Assembly (NCBI GenBank): GCA_963786745.1
Contig: CAWBAE010000003.1
Location: forward strand, 106,082-170,081
DNA from: Terriglobia bacterium
Lineage (GTDB): Bacteria > Acidobacteriota > Terriglobia > Bryobacterales > Bryobacteraceae
Reading direction: 5' to 3'
Length of the DNA stretch: 64,000 bases
Of the stretch, positions 10,579 to 19,977 are shown piece by piece (within the stretch, counting starts at the first letter, position 1; each line of letters starts with the position of its first letter). Under the pieces are notes generated by a model. That model saw only the letters and a program-made list of their open reading frames with translations. It did not search any database and was not told the DNA's origin. The position numbers were made by a program, and so were the translations under genes.

Positions 10579-12840
10579 ATGTTTGAGTTTCTGTTTAAAT
10601 ACCCTCGCACCGTCTTCGCCAAAGGGACCTTTGTTTTGCTGGGCCAATGGCCGGTTTGGACCCTGATTTTATTGCTTCTGGCGGTTTTTGGCGGCTTAGG
10701 ATTTCTGATCTGGAGCCGGAGAAACGTCATCGCTCCTTCCATGCGAGGAATGCGAGCCGGCGTGGTCTGGCTGCTCGAATCCTCGCTGGTCTGCCTGTTG
10801 TTATTCCTGCTGTGGCAGCCGGCGCTCAGCATCGCGACTCTGCGGCCCCAGCAAAACATCGTCGCCGTGGTGATCGATGACAGCAAGAGCATGGCCGTTC
10901 AAGAGGACGGCGTGTCTCGAAAAGACCAGGTGGTCAAGGCGCTTAACGGCGGCCTAATCAAGAGTCTGCAGTCCAAATTTCAAGTTCGACTTTACCGCTT
11001 TGGCGACCATTTGCAGCGCCTGGAAAAATTGGAACAGCTTACCGCCAACGAACCCGCCACCAGAATCGGAGACAGCATCAAGGATGTTCTGGCGGACTCG
11101 GCCACGCTCCCAATTGGCGCGGTGGTCCTGCTGAGCGACGGCGCGGACAATTCCGGCGGCATCGATCTTGAAACCATCTCCGAGATCAAACGCCAGCGCA
11201 TTCCCATTCACACCATCGGTTTCGGCCGCGAGAAGATGGAGCACGACATCGAGCTGACGGACGTGCAATTGCCGGCGAAAACGCTCGCAAAATCGCGCCT
11301 GGAAGCGGAAGTGAGCTTTCGCCAATCCGGATTTCGAGGCGCCAAAGCCCGTCTGGTGGTGCGCGATTCCGGAAAGATTCTGGCCAGCCGCGACATTGTC
11401 CTAAAGGGAGACGGCACGTCGCAGACCGAACCCATGGTGTTCAACGCCGGAGACGCGGGAGTGAAGGACTTGGAATTCTCGGTGGATTCGCAGCCCGGCG
11501 AGGACAACAAAAACAACAATTCCGTGACGCGCGTTCTGAACGTGGACTCCGCCAAGCCGCGGATTCTCTATATGGAAGGAGAACCGCGCTGGGATTATAA
11601 GTTCCTGCGCCGCGCGGTGGAGGATGACAAGAATATCAATCTCTTCAGCATCGTCCGCACCACTCAAAACAAGATCTATACGCAGGCCGCCGATACCAGC
11701 GCCGAGTTTTTGAAGGCCGGTTTTCCCAACAAGGTGGACGATCTGTTCGGCTTTCAAGGCATCATTCTGGGCAGCGTGGAAGCCAACTATTTCACGCCCG
11801 CCCAGCAGGAATTGATCCAGCAGTTCGTGGATCGCCGGGGCGGGGGATTGCTGTTTCTGGGCGGCCGCAGCGCGCTGGCCGACGGCGGCTACGAAAAAGC
11901 GCCCTTCGACGATCTGCTGCCGGTTCGCCTGCCGAATCACAAAAACACGTTTCACCGCGATCCCGCCACGGCTGAGCTGACCTCCGCCGGCCGGGACAGC
12001 CTGATCACGCGCATTGAGGAAAATCCCGACGCGAACGTGGCGCGCTGGAAAAAGCTGCCTTACCTGATGAATTTTCAGGAAGCGGGCAATCCCAAGCCGG
12101 GCGCCACCGTCCTGGCGGAGATGAACGCCGCGGGCCACACTCTGCCGCTGCTGATCATCCAAAAATACGGACGCGGGCGCACGGCCGTGTTCGCCACCGG
12201 CGGGGACTGGCGCTGGCAAATGCTGCAGCCGGTGGAGGACATGAGTCACGAGATGTTCTGGCGGCAGATGCTCCGCTGGCTGGTGAGCGACACGCCGACG
12301 CGCGTGGTTGCATCCACGCCCCGGCCTGTGCTCGAAGACGACGGCCGGCTGCACCTGCGCGCCGAGGTTCGCGACACCACCTACCTGCCCACCAGCGACG
12401 CCACCGTGGAAGCTCGCGTAGTGGGACCGGGTGGCGCAACCGAGACCGTGGAACTGCATCCCGACCCGCTCAATCAGGGTGTTTATTCGGACGATTGGGA
12501 CGCTTCCAAGGCCGGCTCCTACGTGGCCGAAGTCACGGCCCGTCGCGGCCAGCAGGAACTCGGGCGCGACGTAGTCACCTTCCGCCGTGAGAACGGCATG
12601 GCCGAAAATTTTCACCTGGAGCAGAATCGCGAGCTGCTCGAAAAGCTTTCGTCCCAAACCGGCGGCCGCTACTATCGTCCCGATGAAGTGAGCCGCCTGG
12701 GCGAGGACATATCCTACTCGGATGCGGGAATCAGCGTGCGCGAGACCAGGGATCTTTGGGATATGCCCGCCGTCTTTTTCTTCGCCTTGCTGCTGTGCTG
12801 CGCCGAGTGGCTGCTGCGCCGCCGATGGGGTGTGGTGTGA
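10579..12840 (+). CDS. Membrane-anchored VWA-domain protein with GATase1-like (DUF1355-type) middle domain
   Basis: 753 aa. N-terminal TM helices, MIDAS-like DDSKSM, a later GIILGSVEANYF...GGGLLFLGG block, and a C-terminal TM. First gene of the Bat-like cluster. Confidence 0.8.
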   Translation: MFEFLFKYPRTVFAKGTFVLLGQWPVWTLILLLLAVFGGLGFLIWSRRNVIAPSMRGMRAGVVWLLESSLVCLLLFLLWQPALSIATLRPQQNIVAVVIDDSKSMAVQEDGVSRKDQVVKALNGGLIKSLQSKFQVRLYRFGDHLQRLEKLEQLTANEPATRIGDSIKDVLADSATLPIGAVVLLSDGADNSGGIDLETISEIKRQRIPIHTIGFGREKMEHDIELTDVQLPAKTLAKSRLEAEVSFRQSGFRGAKARLVVRDSGKILASRDIVLKGDGTSQTEPMVFNAGDAGVKDLEFSVDSQPGEDNKNNNSVTRVLNVDSAKPRILYMEGEPRWDYKFLRRAVEDDKNINLFSIVRTTQNKIYTQAADTSAEFLKAGFPNKVDDLFGFQGIILGSVEANYFTPAQQELIQQFVDRRGGGLLFLGGRSALADGGYEKAPFDDLLPVRLPNHKNTFHRDPATAELTSAGRDSLITRIEENPDANVARWKKLPYLMNFQEAGNPKPGATVLAEMNAAGHTLPLLIIQKYGRGRTAVFATGGDWRWQMLQPVEDMSHEMFWRQMLRWLVSDTPTRVVASTPRPVLEDDGRLHLRAEVRDTTYLPTSDATVEARVVGPGGATETVELHPDPLNQGVYSDDWDASKAGSYVAEVTARRGQQELGRDVVTFRRENGMAENFHLEQNRELLEKLSSQTGGRYYRPDEVSRLGEDISYSDAGISVRETRDLWDMPAVFFFALLLCCAEWLLRRRWGVV

Positions 12841-13772
12841 AGCGCATCGCGCCAATGGCATTATCCGCGCTGATCCTGGCGACCAACCTGGGCGCCGCCA
12901 CGTTCTACGTCACCGTGGCAGGCCTGGGCGGCGAGCCCGAGTACGAGCAACGATTTTCATCCCTGGCGCAGGAGATCGACAAGCTGGTGCGCGCCGGAGG
13001 CCCGGAAGCCAAGGTCACCACGCTCTATGGACCACAGGCCACCAAGGCGCAGGTGGCCGCCGCCATGGCTCAGATCGCCAAGGACGCCAAGCCGTCCGAC
13101 GCCGTCGCACTCATGCTGATCGGCCACGGCAGTTTCGACGGATTCGAATACAAAATCAACCTGCCGGGCCCGGATCTCTCGGGCGTCGAAATCGCTTCCA
13201 TGCTGGATCGCATTCCCGCCACGCGCCAGTTGGTGGTGAACATGACCAGCTCCAGCGGCGGCTCCCGCGCCGCGCTCGAAAAACCGGGACGCATCGTCAT
13301 CACCGCCACGAAAAGCGGGAACGAAAAGAACGCTACCGTTTTCGCGCGCTACTGGGTGGAAGCCCTGCGCGACGCCTCCGCCGACACAGACAAGAACGAA
13401 AGCGTTTCGGCGCTCGAAGCCTTCACCTACGCCGATCAAAAAACAACCCAGTTCTACGACACGCAGAAGCGCCTGGCCACCGAGCATCCGGTGCTTGAAG
13501 ACTCGGGGCAAGGCGATGGCGCGCGCAAGCCGTCCGCGGAAAATGGCGAGGGTCTGCTGGCCTCCCACTTCACCATATTGCGAATCGGCGCTACCCAGTT
13601 GGCCGCCGCGACTCCCGAAAAGAAAGCTCTCGTCGAGAAGCGCGAGCAACTGGAAGAACAGATCGACAAATTGAAGTACGAAAAGGCGGCCATGCCGTCT
13701 GATCAGTATAAGCAGCAGCTCCAGGCGTTGCTGCTAGACCTGGCTAAGACCCAGGCGGAGCTGGACAAGTGA
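12837..13772 (+). CDS. Secreted peptidase C13/caspase-fold-like protein with C-terminal coiled coil
   Basis: GTG at 12837 overlaps the upstream stop (GTGA). Signal peptide VKRIAPMALSALILATNLGA. LMLIGHGSFDG (His-Gly) and VVNMTSSSGGS, where legumain-type enzymes have ACESGS. Heptad-rich C-terminus. Confidence 0.55.
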   Translation: MKRIAPMALSALILATNLGAATFYVTVAGLGGEPEYEQRFSSLAQEIDKLVRAGGPEAKVTTLYGPQATKAQVAAAMAQIAKDAKPSDAVALMLIGHGSFDGFEYKINLPGPDLSGVEIASMLDRIPATRQLVVNMTSSSGGSRAALEKPGRIVITATKSGNEKNATVFARYWVEALRDASADTDKNESVSALEAFTYADQKTTQFYDTQKRLATEHPVLEDSGQGDGARKPSAENGEGLLASHFTILRIGATQLAAATPEKKALVEKREQLEEQIDKLKYEKAAMPSDQYKQQLQALLLDLAKTQAELDK

Positions 13773-15958
13773 AACTCTTCGCCGCGTGCGTAGCGCTCTC
13801 GATCGGTGCGTTCTTCGCGAACGCGCAGTCGAACCAGGCTCTGGACCAGTGTCAAACGCTGCGCCACCACGGCAAGTTGTCCGAAGCGCACGCTTGCTTT
13901 ACGAAGCTGGCCTCGGGCTCGGATCCCTATCTTCGCGCTGAAGGCTTGTGGGGTATCGAGCAATACAAAGAAGCCAACGATCAGTTCCGCGATGTGCTGA
14001 AGCAGCATCCCAAGAGCGTGGAATATCGCGTTCGCTGGGGCCGTTTGTTTCTGGAACGCTTCTCGTCCGACGAAGCGCGCGGCCTGTTCCAGGAAGCTCT
14101 CGAGATCGACAAAACAAACGCCGCCGCCTTTCTCGGCCTGGCCCTGGTAGCCGCCCAGGATTTCAGCCCGAAGGCTTCTGAGTTCGCCCAGAAAGCCGCG
14201 GAGCTCGATCCCAAGCTCGCCGAAGCACACGAAGAGCTGGCTTACCTCGCGCTCGAAGACAACGATGAGGATCGCGCCATCCAGGAAGCCGATAAAGCCG
14301 TCGCTATTTCAACGGAAGCGCTGGATGGCTTAGCTATTCGCGCGACCATCGATTGGCTGCACGACAAGACCCAATCCGAATGGATGGATCGCATCCTCAA
14401 GATCAATCCGGTTTACGGCGAGGCTTATTCCACCGGCGGCCACTTCTTCGTCATCAATCGCCGCTACACCGAGGGGATCAGTTCCTACCGCAAGGCGCTG
14501 GAGCTGAATCCCCGGCTATGGGAAGCGCGCGCGGAATTAGGCGTGAACCTGATGCGCCTGGGCAATGAGGACGAGGCCCGCGCGCAACTGGAGCAGTGCT
14601 ACAACGCCGACTACCGCAATGCCGAAACCGTCAATTCTCTGCGCTTGCTCGACAGCTACAAGAATTTCGTGACGTTCAAGAACGGCAACACCATCCTCCG
14701 GCTGCACCAAAAGGAAGCCGAGCTGTTGCGTCCCTACTTTGAATCCGAATTGAAGCGCGACATCGCGGCTTACGAGCAGAAGTATCAGATGAAACTCGAC
14801 GGCCCGGTTCAAGTGGAAGTCTATCCGGATCATGAGGACTTCGCGGTTCGCACCATGGGCATGCCTGGCCTGGGCGCTCTCGGCGTCACCTTCGGTTCGG
14901 TGGTTGCGATGGACAGCCCTTCCGGCCGCGAGCCTGGAAGCTTTCACTGGGCCAGCACCATGCGGCACGAATTGAGCCACGTTTTCGTTTTACAGGCCAC
15001 GCACAACCGCGTCCCGCGCTGGTTTACCGAAGGTCTGGCGGTGTACGAGGAAACCGCCGCGGCTCCCGATTGGGGCGACCGGCTGGATCCTGGAGCCATC
15101 CAGGCCATTCAGAACAAAAAATTGCTGCCGGTAGCCGAGCTTGACCGCGGTTTTATCCGGCCCAGCTACCCGTCGCAAGTGATCGTGTCGTATTTCCAGG
15201 CGGGCAAAATCTGCAGCTTCATCGCTGAGAAATGGGGCTATTCGAAACTGCTCGAAATGATCCATTCGTATGCCCAACTCGAATCCACGCCGGATGTCAT
15301 CCAGAAAGATCTGGGGCTTTCTCCCGAGGAGTTCGACAAGCAATTCATGGCCTGGCTCAACTCCGAGACCAAGAACACGGTGGAACACTTCACCGAATGG
15401 AAGGATAAGCTGAAGGGCATGGTGGCGGACGCGCGCGCGAAGAAATACGACGACGTGATCCGCGAAGGCTCGGCGATTGAGCCGTTTTATACCGATTACG
15501 TCGAGCCCGGCAGCGTCTACGAACTGATGTCCGACGCCTACCTGGCCAAGGGCGACAAGGCGGACGCGCGTGCGGAGCTCGAAAAATTCAATCGCGTGGG
15601 CGGGCGCAGTCCTCTGCTCATCGAACGCCTGGCCACGCTCGAGGAAGAAGCCGGAGAGCCCAAAGAAGCCGCTGCCGCCCTGAATCGTCTAAACTACATC
15701 TATCCGGAAGACCAGGATTTACATAAGCGGTTGGGCGACCTGTTGCTCGCCCAGAAAGATGTGCCCGGCGCGATTCGTGAATACCAGGCCGTGCTCGCGA
15801 TGAAGCCGCTCGATCAAGCCAGCGCCCATTACGAATTGGCGAACGCGTATCACTTGGCCAACCGGGCGAACGAAGCTCGCGACGAGGTGTTGCTGGCCCT
15901 GGAAGCCGCCCCCGGTTTTAAACCGGCGCAGAAATTATTGTTGGAAATCTCAAAATAA
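13769..15958 (+). CDS. TPR-repeat protein with central gluzincin (peptidase MA-like) domain
   Basis: 729 aa with a signal peptide and TPR-like repeats at both ends. HELSHVF...WFTEGLAVYEE resembles the M1-type HExxH...WxxEGxAxY signature. 4-nt overlap with the upstream gene. Confidence 0.75.
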   Translation: MKLFAACVALSIGAFFANAQSNQALDQCQTLRHHGKLSEAHACFTKLASGSDPYLRAEGLWGIEQYKEANDQFRDVLKQHPKSVEYRVRWGRLFLERFSSDEARGLFQEALEIDKTNAAAFLGLALVAAQDFSPKASEFAQKAAELDPKLAEAHEELAYLALEDNDEDRAIQEADKAVAISTEALDGLAIRATIDWLHDKTQSEWMDRILKINPVYGEAYSTGGHFFVINRRYTEGISSYRKALELNPRLWEARAELGVNLMRLGNEDEARAQLEQCYNADYRNAETVNSLRLLDSYKNFVTFKNGNTILRLHQKEAELLRPYFESELKRDIAAYEQKYQMKLDGPVQVEVYPDHEDFAVRTMGMPGLGALGVTFGSVVAMDSPSGREPGSFHWASTMRHELSHVFVLQATHNRVPRWFTEGLAVYEETAAAPDWGDRLDPGAIQAIQNKKLLPVAELDRGFIRPSYPSQVIVSYFQAGKICSFIAEKWGYSKLLEMIHSYAQLESTPDVIQKDLGLSPEEFDKQFMAWLNSETKNTVEHFTEWKDKLKGMVADARAKKYDDVIREGSAIEPFYTDYVEPGSVYELMSDAYLAKGDKADARAELEKFNRVGGRSPLLIERLATLEEEAGEPKEAAAALNRLNYIYPEDQDLHKRLGDLLLAQKDVPGAIREYQAVLAMKPLDQASAHYELANAYHLANRANEARDEVLLALEAAPGFKPAQKLLLEISK

Positions 15959-15959
15959 A

Positions 15960-16994
15960 ATGTCGACTCTAAGCACAGGTTTCAGCACAGCCATCGCCGA
16001 TTCGGCGGAATTGAAGGAGCGGATCGATCGCTTCCAGGAGGTTCATCGCTCCATTGTGCGCGAGGTTCGGAAAGTGATCGTCGGACAGGAGGAGGTGGTC
16101 GAGCAGGTCCTGATCTCTCTTTTTGTGGGCGGCCATTGCCTGATCACCGGATTGCCGGGCACCGCCAAGACGCTGCTGGTCCGCACGCTGGCGCAGACGC
16201 TAGGCCTGGTGTTCAAGCGCATCCAGTTCACTCCGGATCTCATGCCGTCCGATATCACCGGCACCGACATCATCGATGAGGACTCCACCACCGGCCGCCG
16301 AGCCTGGACTTTCGTGCCCGGCCCGATCTTCTCGAACGTGCTGCTGGCCGACGAAATCAACCGCACTCCTCCCAAGACCCAATCCGCGCTGCTCGAAGCC
16401 ATGCAGGAATTGTCCTGCACCGTGCGCGGCCATCAATATCAGATCCAGGCTCCGTTTTTTGTGCTGGCCACCCAGAACCCCATCGAACTCGAAGGCACTT
16501 ATCCGCTTCCCGAGGCCCAGCTCGACCGTTTCCTCTTCAATACCGTTCTCGACTATCTCTCCGCCGACGACGAAGTGAAAGTGGTGGATCTCACCACCAC
16601 TACCAAATCGGCCCAGGTGGATTCGGTAACCAACGCCGAGGAGATCCTGAATTTTCAGCAGCTGGTCCGCATGGTGCCGATCGCCGATACCGTGGCTCGC
16701 TATGCGGTGGAGCTGGTCCGCGCTACCAGACCTAACGACGCCACAGCTCCCGATTTCGTCAAGAACTACGTGAATTTCGGCGCCAGCGTTCGAGCCGCGC
16801 AATTTGTCGTGCTGGCTTCGAAGGCTCGCGCCCTGCTGCGCAACCGCTATCACGTCGCGTATGAGGACATCCGCGCCCTGGCCGCGCCCATCCTGCGCCA
16901 TCGCTTGCTGCTCAATTTCCATGCCGAATCCGAGCGCCTGGATTCCGACGGCATTTTGAAGCGGCTGCTCGAATGGAAGCCGGAGCCGAAATAG
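15960..16994 (+). CDS. MoxR-family AAA+ ATPase
   Basis: 344 aa. Walker A GLPGTAKT, Walker B LLADEINR, and the ATQNPIELEGTYPLPEAQLDRF block typical of MoxR. Confidence 0.92.
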   Translation: MSTLSTGFSTAIADSAELKERIDRFQEVHRSIVREVRKVIVGQEEVVEQVLISLFVGGHCLITGLPGTAKTLLVRTLAQTLGLVFKRIQFTPDLMPSDITGTDIIDEDSTTGRRAWTFVPGPIFSNVLLADEINRTPPKTQSALLEAMQELSCTVRGHQYQIQAPFFVLATQNPIELEGTYPLPEAQLDRFLFNTVLDYLSADDEVKVVDLTTTTKSAQVDSVTNAEEILNFQQLVRMVPIADTVARYAVELVRATRPNDATAPDFVKNYVNFGASVRAAQFVVLASKARALLRNRYHVAYEDIRALAAPILRHRLLLNFHAESERLDSDGILKRLLEWKPEPK

Positions 16995-17064
16995 GCCAGC
17001 GGCGACCAGCGGACTTCGGCTTGGCCGGCGTGACCGGCCGGAAACTGGAAACTAGAGACTGAAC

Positions 17065-17964
17065 GTGTTACCAAGCGCTCCAACCCGTTTCATCGATCCC
17101 GCGATGCTGGCCGGCATCTCGCATCTCGATCTGGTGGCCAAGACCGTCGTGGATGGATTCGTGGCGGGCCTGCACAAATCGCCCGATTTCGGCTTCAGCC
17201 AGGAGTTCGCCGAGTACCGCGCCTACTCCCCCGGTGACGACCTCCGGCACGTGGATTGGAACGTTTTCGCGCGCACCGAGCGCGCCTATCTCAAACGCTA
17301 TCGCGGCGAAACCAACAGCCAGCTGACGCTCATGCTGGATTCGAGCGCCTCTATGGGATATACCTCGCATCGGATCACCAAGCTGGACTACGCGCGCTTC
17401 GTCGCGGTCTCGCTGGCCTATCTCGCCAACCAGCAGCGCGACGCGGCCGGCGCGATTATTTTCGACGACGATGTCCGCAACTACGTGCGCCCGTCCACCC
17501 GGCAAGGCCAGTTCATGCGGGTAGCGCACGCCATCGAGAAAGCTCAGCTCGGCGTCCGCACCGATTTCGCGCGTCCGTTCGTACACTTTCAGGAATTCCT
17601 GCGGCGTCGCGGCATCGTGGTGGTGCTCTCGGACTTTTACGAGGACCCGGAAAAGGTGATCAACACCGTCGCGCCTTTGCGATTCCGCGGCAACGACCTG
17701 ATCCTGTTCCACGTCCTCGATCCCGAGGAGATCCGTCCCACCCTCAAAGAGCCGGTCTTATTGGTCGACATGGAAACGCAGGAAGCGCTGGATGTCTCGC
17801 CCGAATACGTGCGCGAGGAATATCGCCCGAAGATCGACGCTCACATCGACGCCCTTAAGAAAAAGGCGGCCGCCGCGAACATCGATTATTATCTGCTGCC
17901 CACGGACCGTCCCCTGGACGCCGCCATGCTCGAATATTTCCTGGTCCGCAAGGGGAGAATGTAA
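17065..17964 (+). CDS. DUF58 domain protein (VWA-like MoxR partner)
   Basis: 299 aa. FAEYRAYSPGDDLRHVDWNVFART and MLDSSASM are DUF58 hallmarks. Immediately follows moxR. Confidence 0.9.
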   Translation: MLPSAPTRFIDPAMLAGISHLDLVAKTVVDGFVAGLHKSPDFGFSQEFAEYRAYSPGDDLRHVDWNVFARTERAYLKRYRGETNSQLTLMLDSSASMGYTSHRITKLDYARFVAVSLAYLANQQRDAAGAIIFDDDVRNYVRPSTRQGQFMRVAHAIEKAQLGVRTDFARPFVHFQEFLRRRGIVVVLSDFYEDPEKVINTVAPLRFRGNDLILFHVLDPEEIRPTLKEPVLLVDMETQEALDVSPEYVREEYRPKIDAHIDALKKKAAAANIDYYLLPTDRPLDAAMLEYFLVRKGRM

Positions 17965-19977
17965 GTGGGTTTCCTGGCCCCATGGTTTCTAGCGGGCGCG
18001 GTGGCCGCCGGGCTTCCGTTCTGGATTCACCTGCTGCGCAAGTATCGCAGCACACCGCATCCCTTCAGCTCGCTGATGTTCTTCGAGCGGCGCACGCAAA
18101 GCTCTATCAAGCACCGGCGTCTCCGCTACTTGCTGCTGCTTTCGCTGCGCGTGGCACTGCTGCTGTTGCTGGCCCTGGCCTTCGCCAATCCGTTCATCAG
18201 CCGGTCCAGCGCCAGCAGCGGCAGCCGCAAAATGCTGGTCGTGGCGGTCGACAATTCTTTCAGCATGCGCTACGGGGATCATCTCGCGCGCGCCAAGCAG
18301 CTGGCGCTGAGTGCTCTGTCCAACTTGAATTCCGGCGAGCGCGGCCAGGTGCTGACCGTGGGCTCGCGCATTCATTTCATGACGCAGCCGGTGGAAGACC
18401 CCGATCAGCTCAAATCCGCCATTCAATCCATTCAGCCTTCGGACGAACGCAGCTCCTACGGCGAGTTCGCCCGCGCGCTCCGCACCATCGCACAGTCTTC
18501 CCGCACGCCTCTCGAAGTGCACTTCATCAGCGACCTGCAGAAATCCTCGCTCCCGCCCGCGTTCGCCGACCTGCGCCTGGGCCAGGATACGAATCTGATA
18601 TTTCAATCCGTGGCGGATTCGAAGGACCCCAACTGGATGGTGGAAAGCGTCACCGCGCCCGCCAAGATCTACGACCCGAAGAAAGTCCACGTCCAGGCGG
18701 TGATCGCCAATATCGGAGGGGATGTCGCGAAACGAACCGTCTCGCTGATGCTGGACGGCAAGGTGCTCGAAAGCAAATCGGTGGATGTCCCGGCCAACGG
18801 CCGCGTCGGCGCGGAATTCTTCTCGCTCGAATCGCCGCACGGTTTTCACAAAGGCGAGATCCGGATCGAGCCCGCGGACGCGTTGCGCGAAGACGATCGT
18901 TTCCCCTTCGCCATCGAGCGCTCCGATCCGCACCCGGTTCTGTTTCTGCATACCGCGGGCAGAAGAGCGCGACGAGCTGTACTATCGCGCCGCGCTCGAA
19001 TCGGTATCGGAAGCCGGCTTCGTCGCTGGAGCCGCTGGCGGTGGACCAGGCCGCCAACCAGGCGTTCTCGAAATACGCCTTCGTGGTGCTTTCTGACGTC
19101 GGCCCGCTGCCGCCGGGAATGGAAAACAGCTTGCGAAGCTATGTAGCGAGCGGCGGATCGCTGCTGGTGGTTTTGGGCGTTCATTCGGCCGCTCTTCCGA
19201 AGGTTCCGGTTTCGAACGAAGCCATACAAGGATCGAGCTACGCCTCCCGCGAAGGCGACCGTTTTCAGATTGTCGCCAGCGCCGACGCCGAGCATCCTTC
19301 CTTGCGCCGCGCCAACAAGCTGGATGGCGTGCAGTTCTATCAGGTGATTCGCGTGGACCCCGGCCAATCGCGCGTCATCGCGCGTCTGACCAATCAACTG
19401 CCGCTGCTGCTCGAAAAGCAGGTGGGCGAGGGCCGCGTTCTGATGTTTACGTCCACGTTCGACAAGATCTCGAACGATTTCCCGCTGCACACTTCGTTTG
19501 TCCCATTCGTCGAGGAAACCGCCAGATATCTTGGCGGCCAGCAAGACCAATCCACCAACGTCGCCGTCGATTCCTACATGGAGCTGCGTTCGGCCAAGGA
19601 CCAGGGTGCGTCGGTGGACATCGTGGACCCGGACGGAAAACACCCCCTTTCGCTCAAGGAAGCCACCTCCACGCAGTCCTTCCAGGTAAATCGCGAAGGT
19701 TTCTATGAGATTCGCCGCACCAACGGACGCGAGGAAATGGTGGCCGTGCACGCCGACCGCCGCGAGTCCGATCTCACTCCGGTGCCCAAGGAAACCCTGG
19801 AACTCTGGCGAAACACCGGGCGCGGCCCCGACGTCCCCTCTGCAGGCTCTGAATCGGCCAGCCCGGCGCGTCCCTCGAAGCCTGTGGCGCTACGCTTTGC
19901 TATTGGTTTTGATTGTCGCCATAATCGAATCAGTGATCGCCAGCCGATACTTATCGGTGGAGAAGGAGGCCGCGTAA
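17965..19977 (+). pseudogene. BatA-N-terminal/VWA-domain membrane protein, reading frame broken by three +1 shifts (near 18960, near 19020, near 19870-19880)
   Basis: MGFLAPWFLAGAVAAGLPFWIHLLRK is the aerotolerance BatA N-terminal motif. VAVDNSFSM is a MIDAS site. The sequence continues sensibly through the frames of ORFs 18785.., 17982.. and 19705.. (...LFLHTAG/EERDELYYRAALESVSEAG/SLEPLAVDQAANQAFSKYAFVVLSDVG.../SLWRYALLLVLIVAIIESV C-terminal TM). Stop at 19975-19977. Confidence 0.8.

Noticed and set aside
11401-12861. Very long antisense or alternative-frame ORFs. Examples: 11401..12861(-) 486 aa, 22047..23237(-) 396 aa, 9253..10293(+) 346 aa, 52881..53984(+) 367 aa, 17989..18951(-), 18846..19751(-), 29110..29994(-), 50050..50868(+), 5750..6457(-), 263..898(+).
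   Set aside because: Each lies opposite or out of frame to a gene with clear family motifs. Their products are Arg/Ala/Gly/Pro-rich with no motifs, the usual shadow ORFs of high-GC DNA where stop codons are rare.
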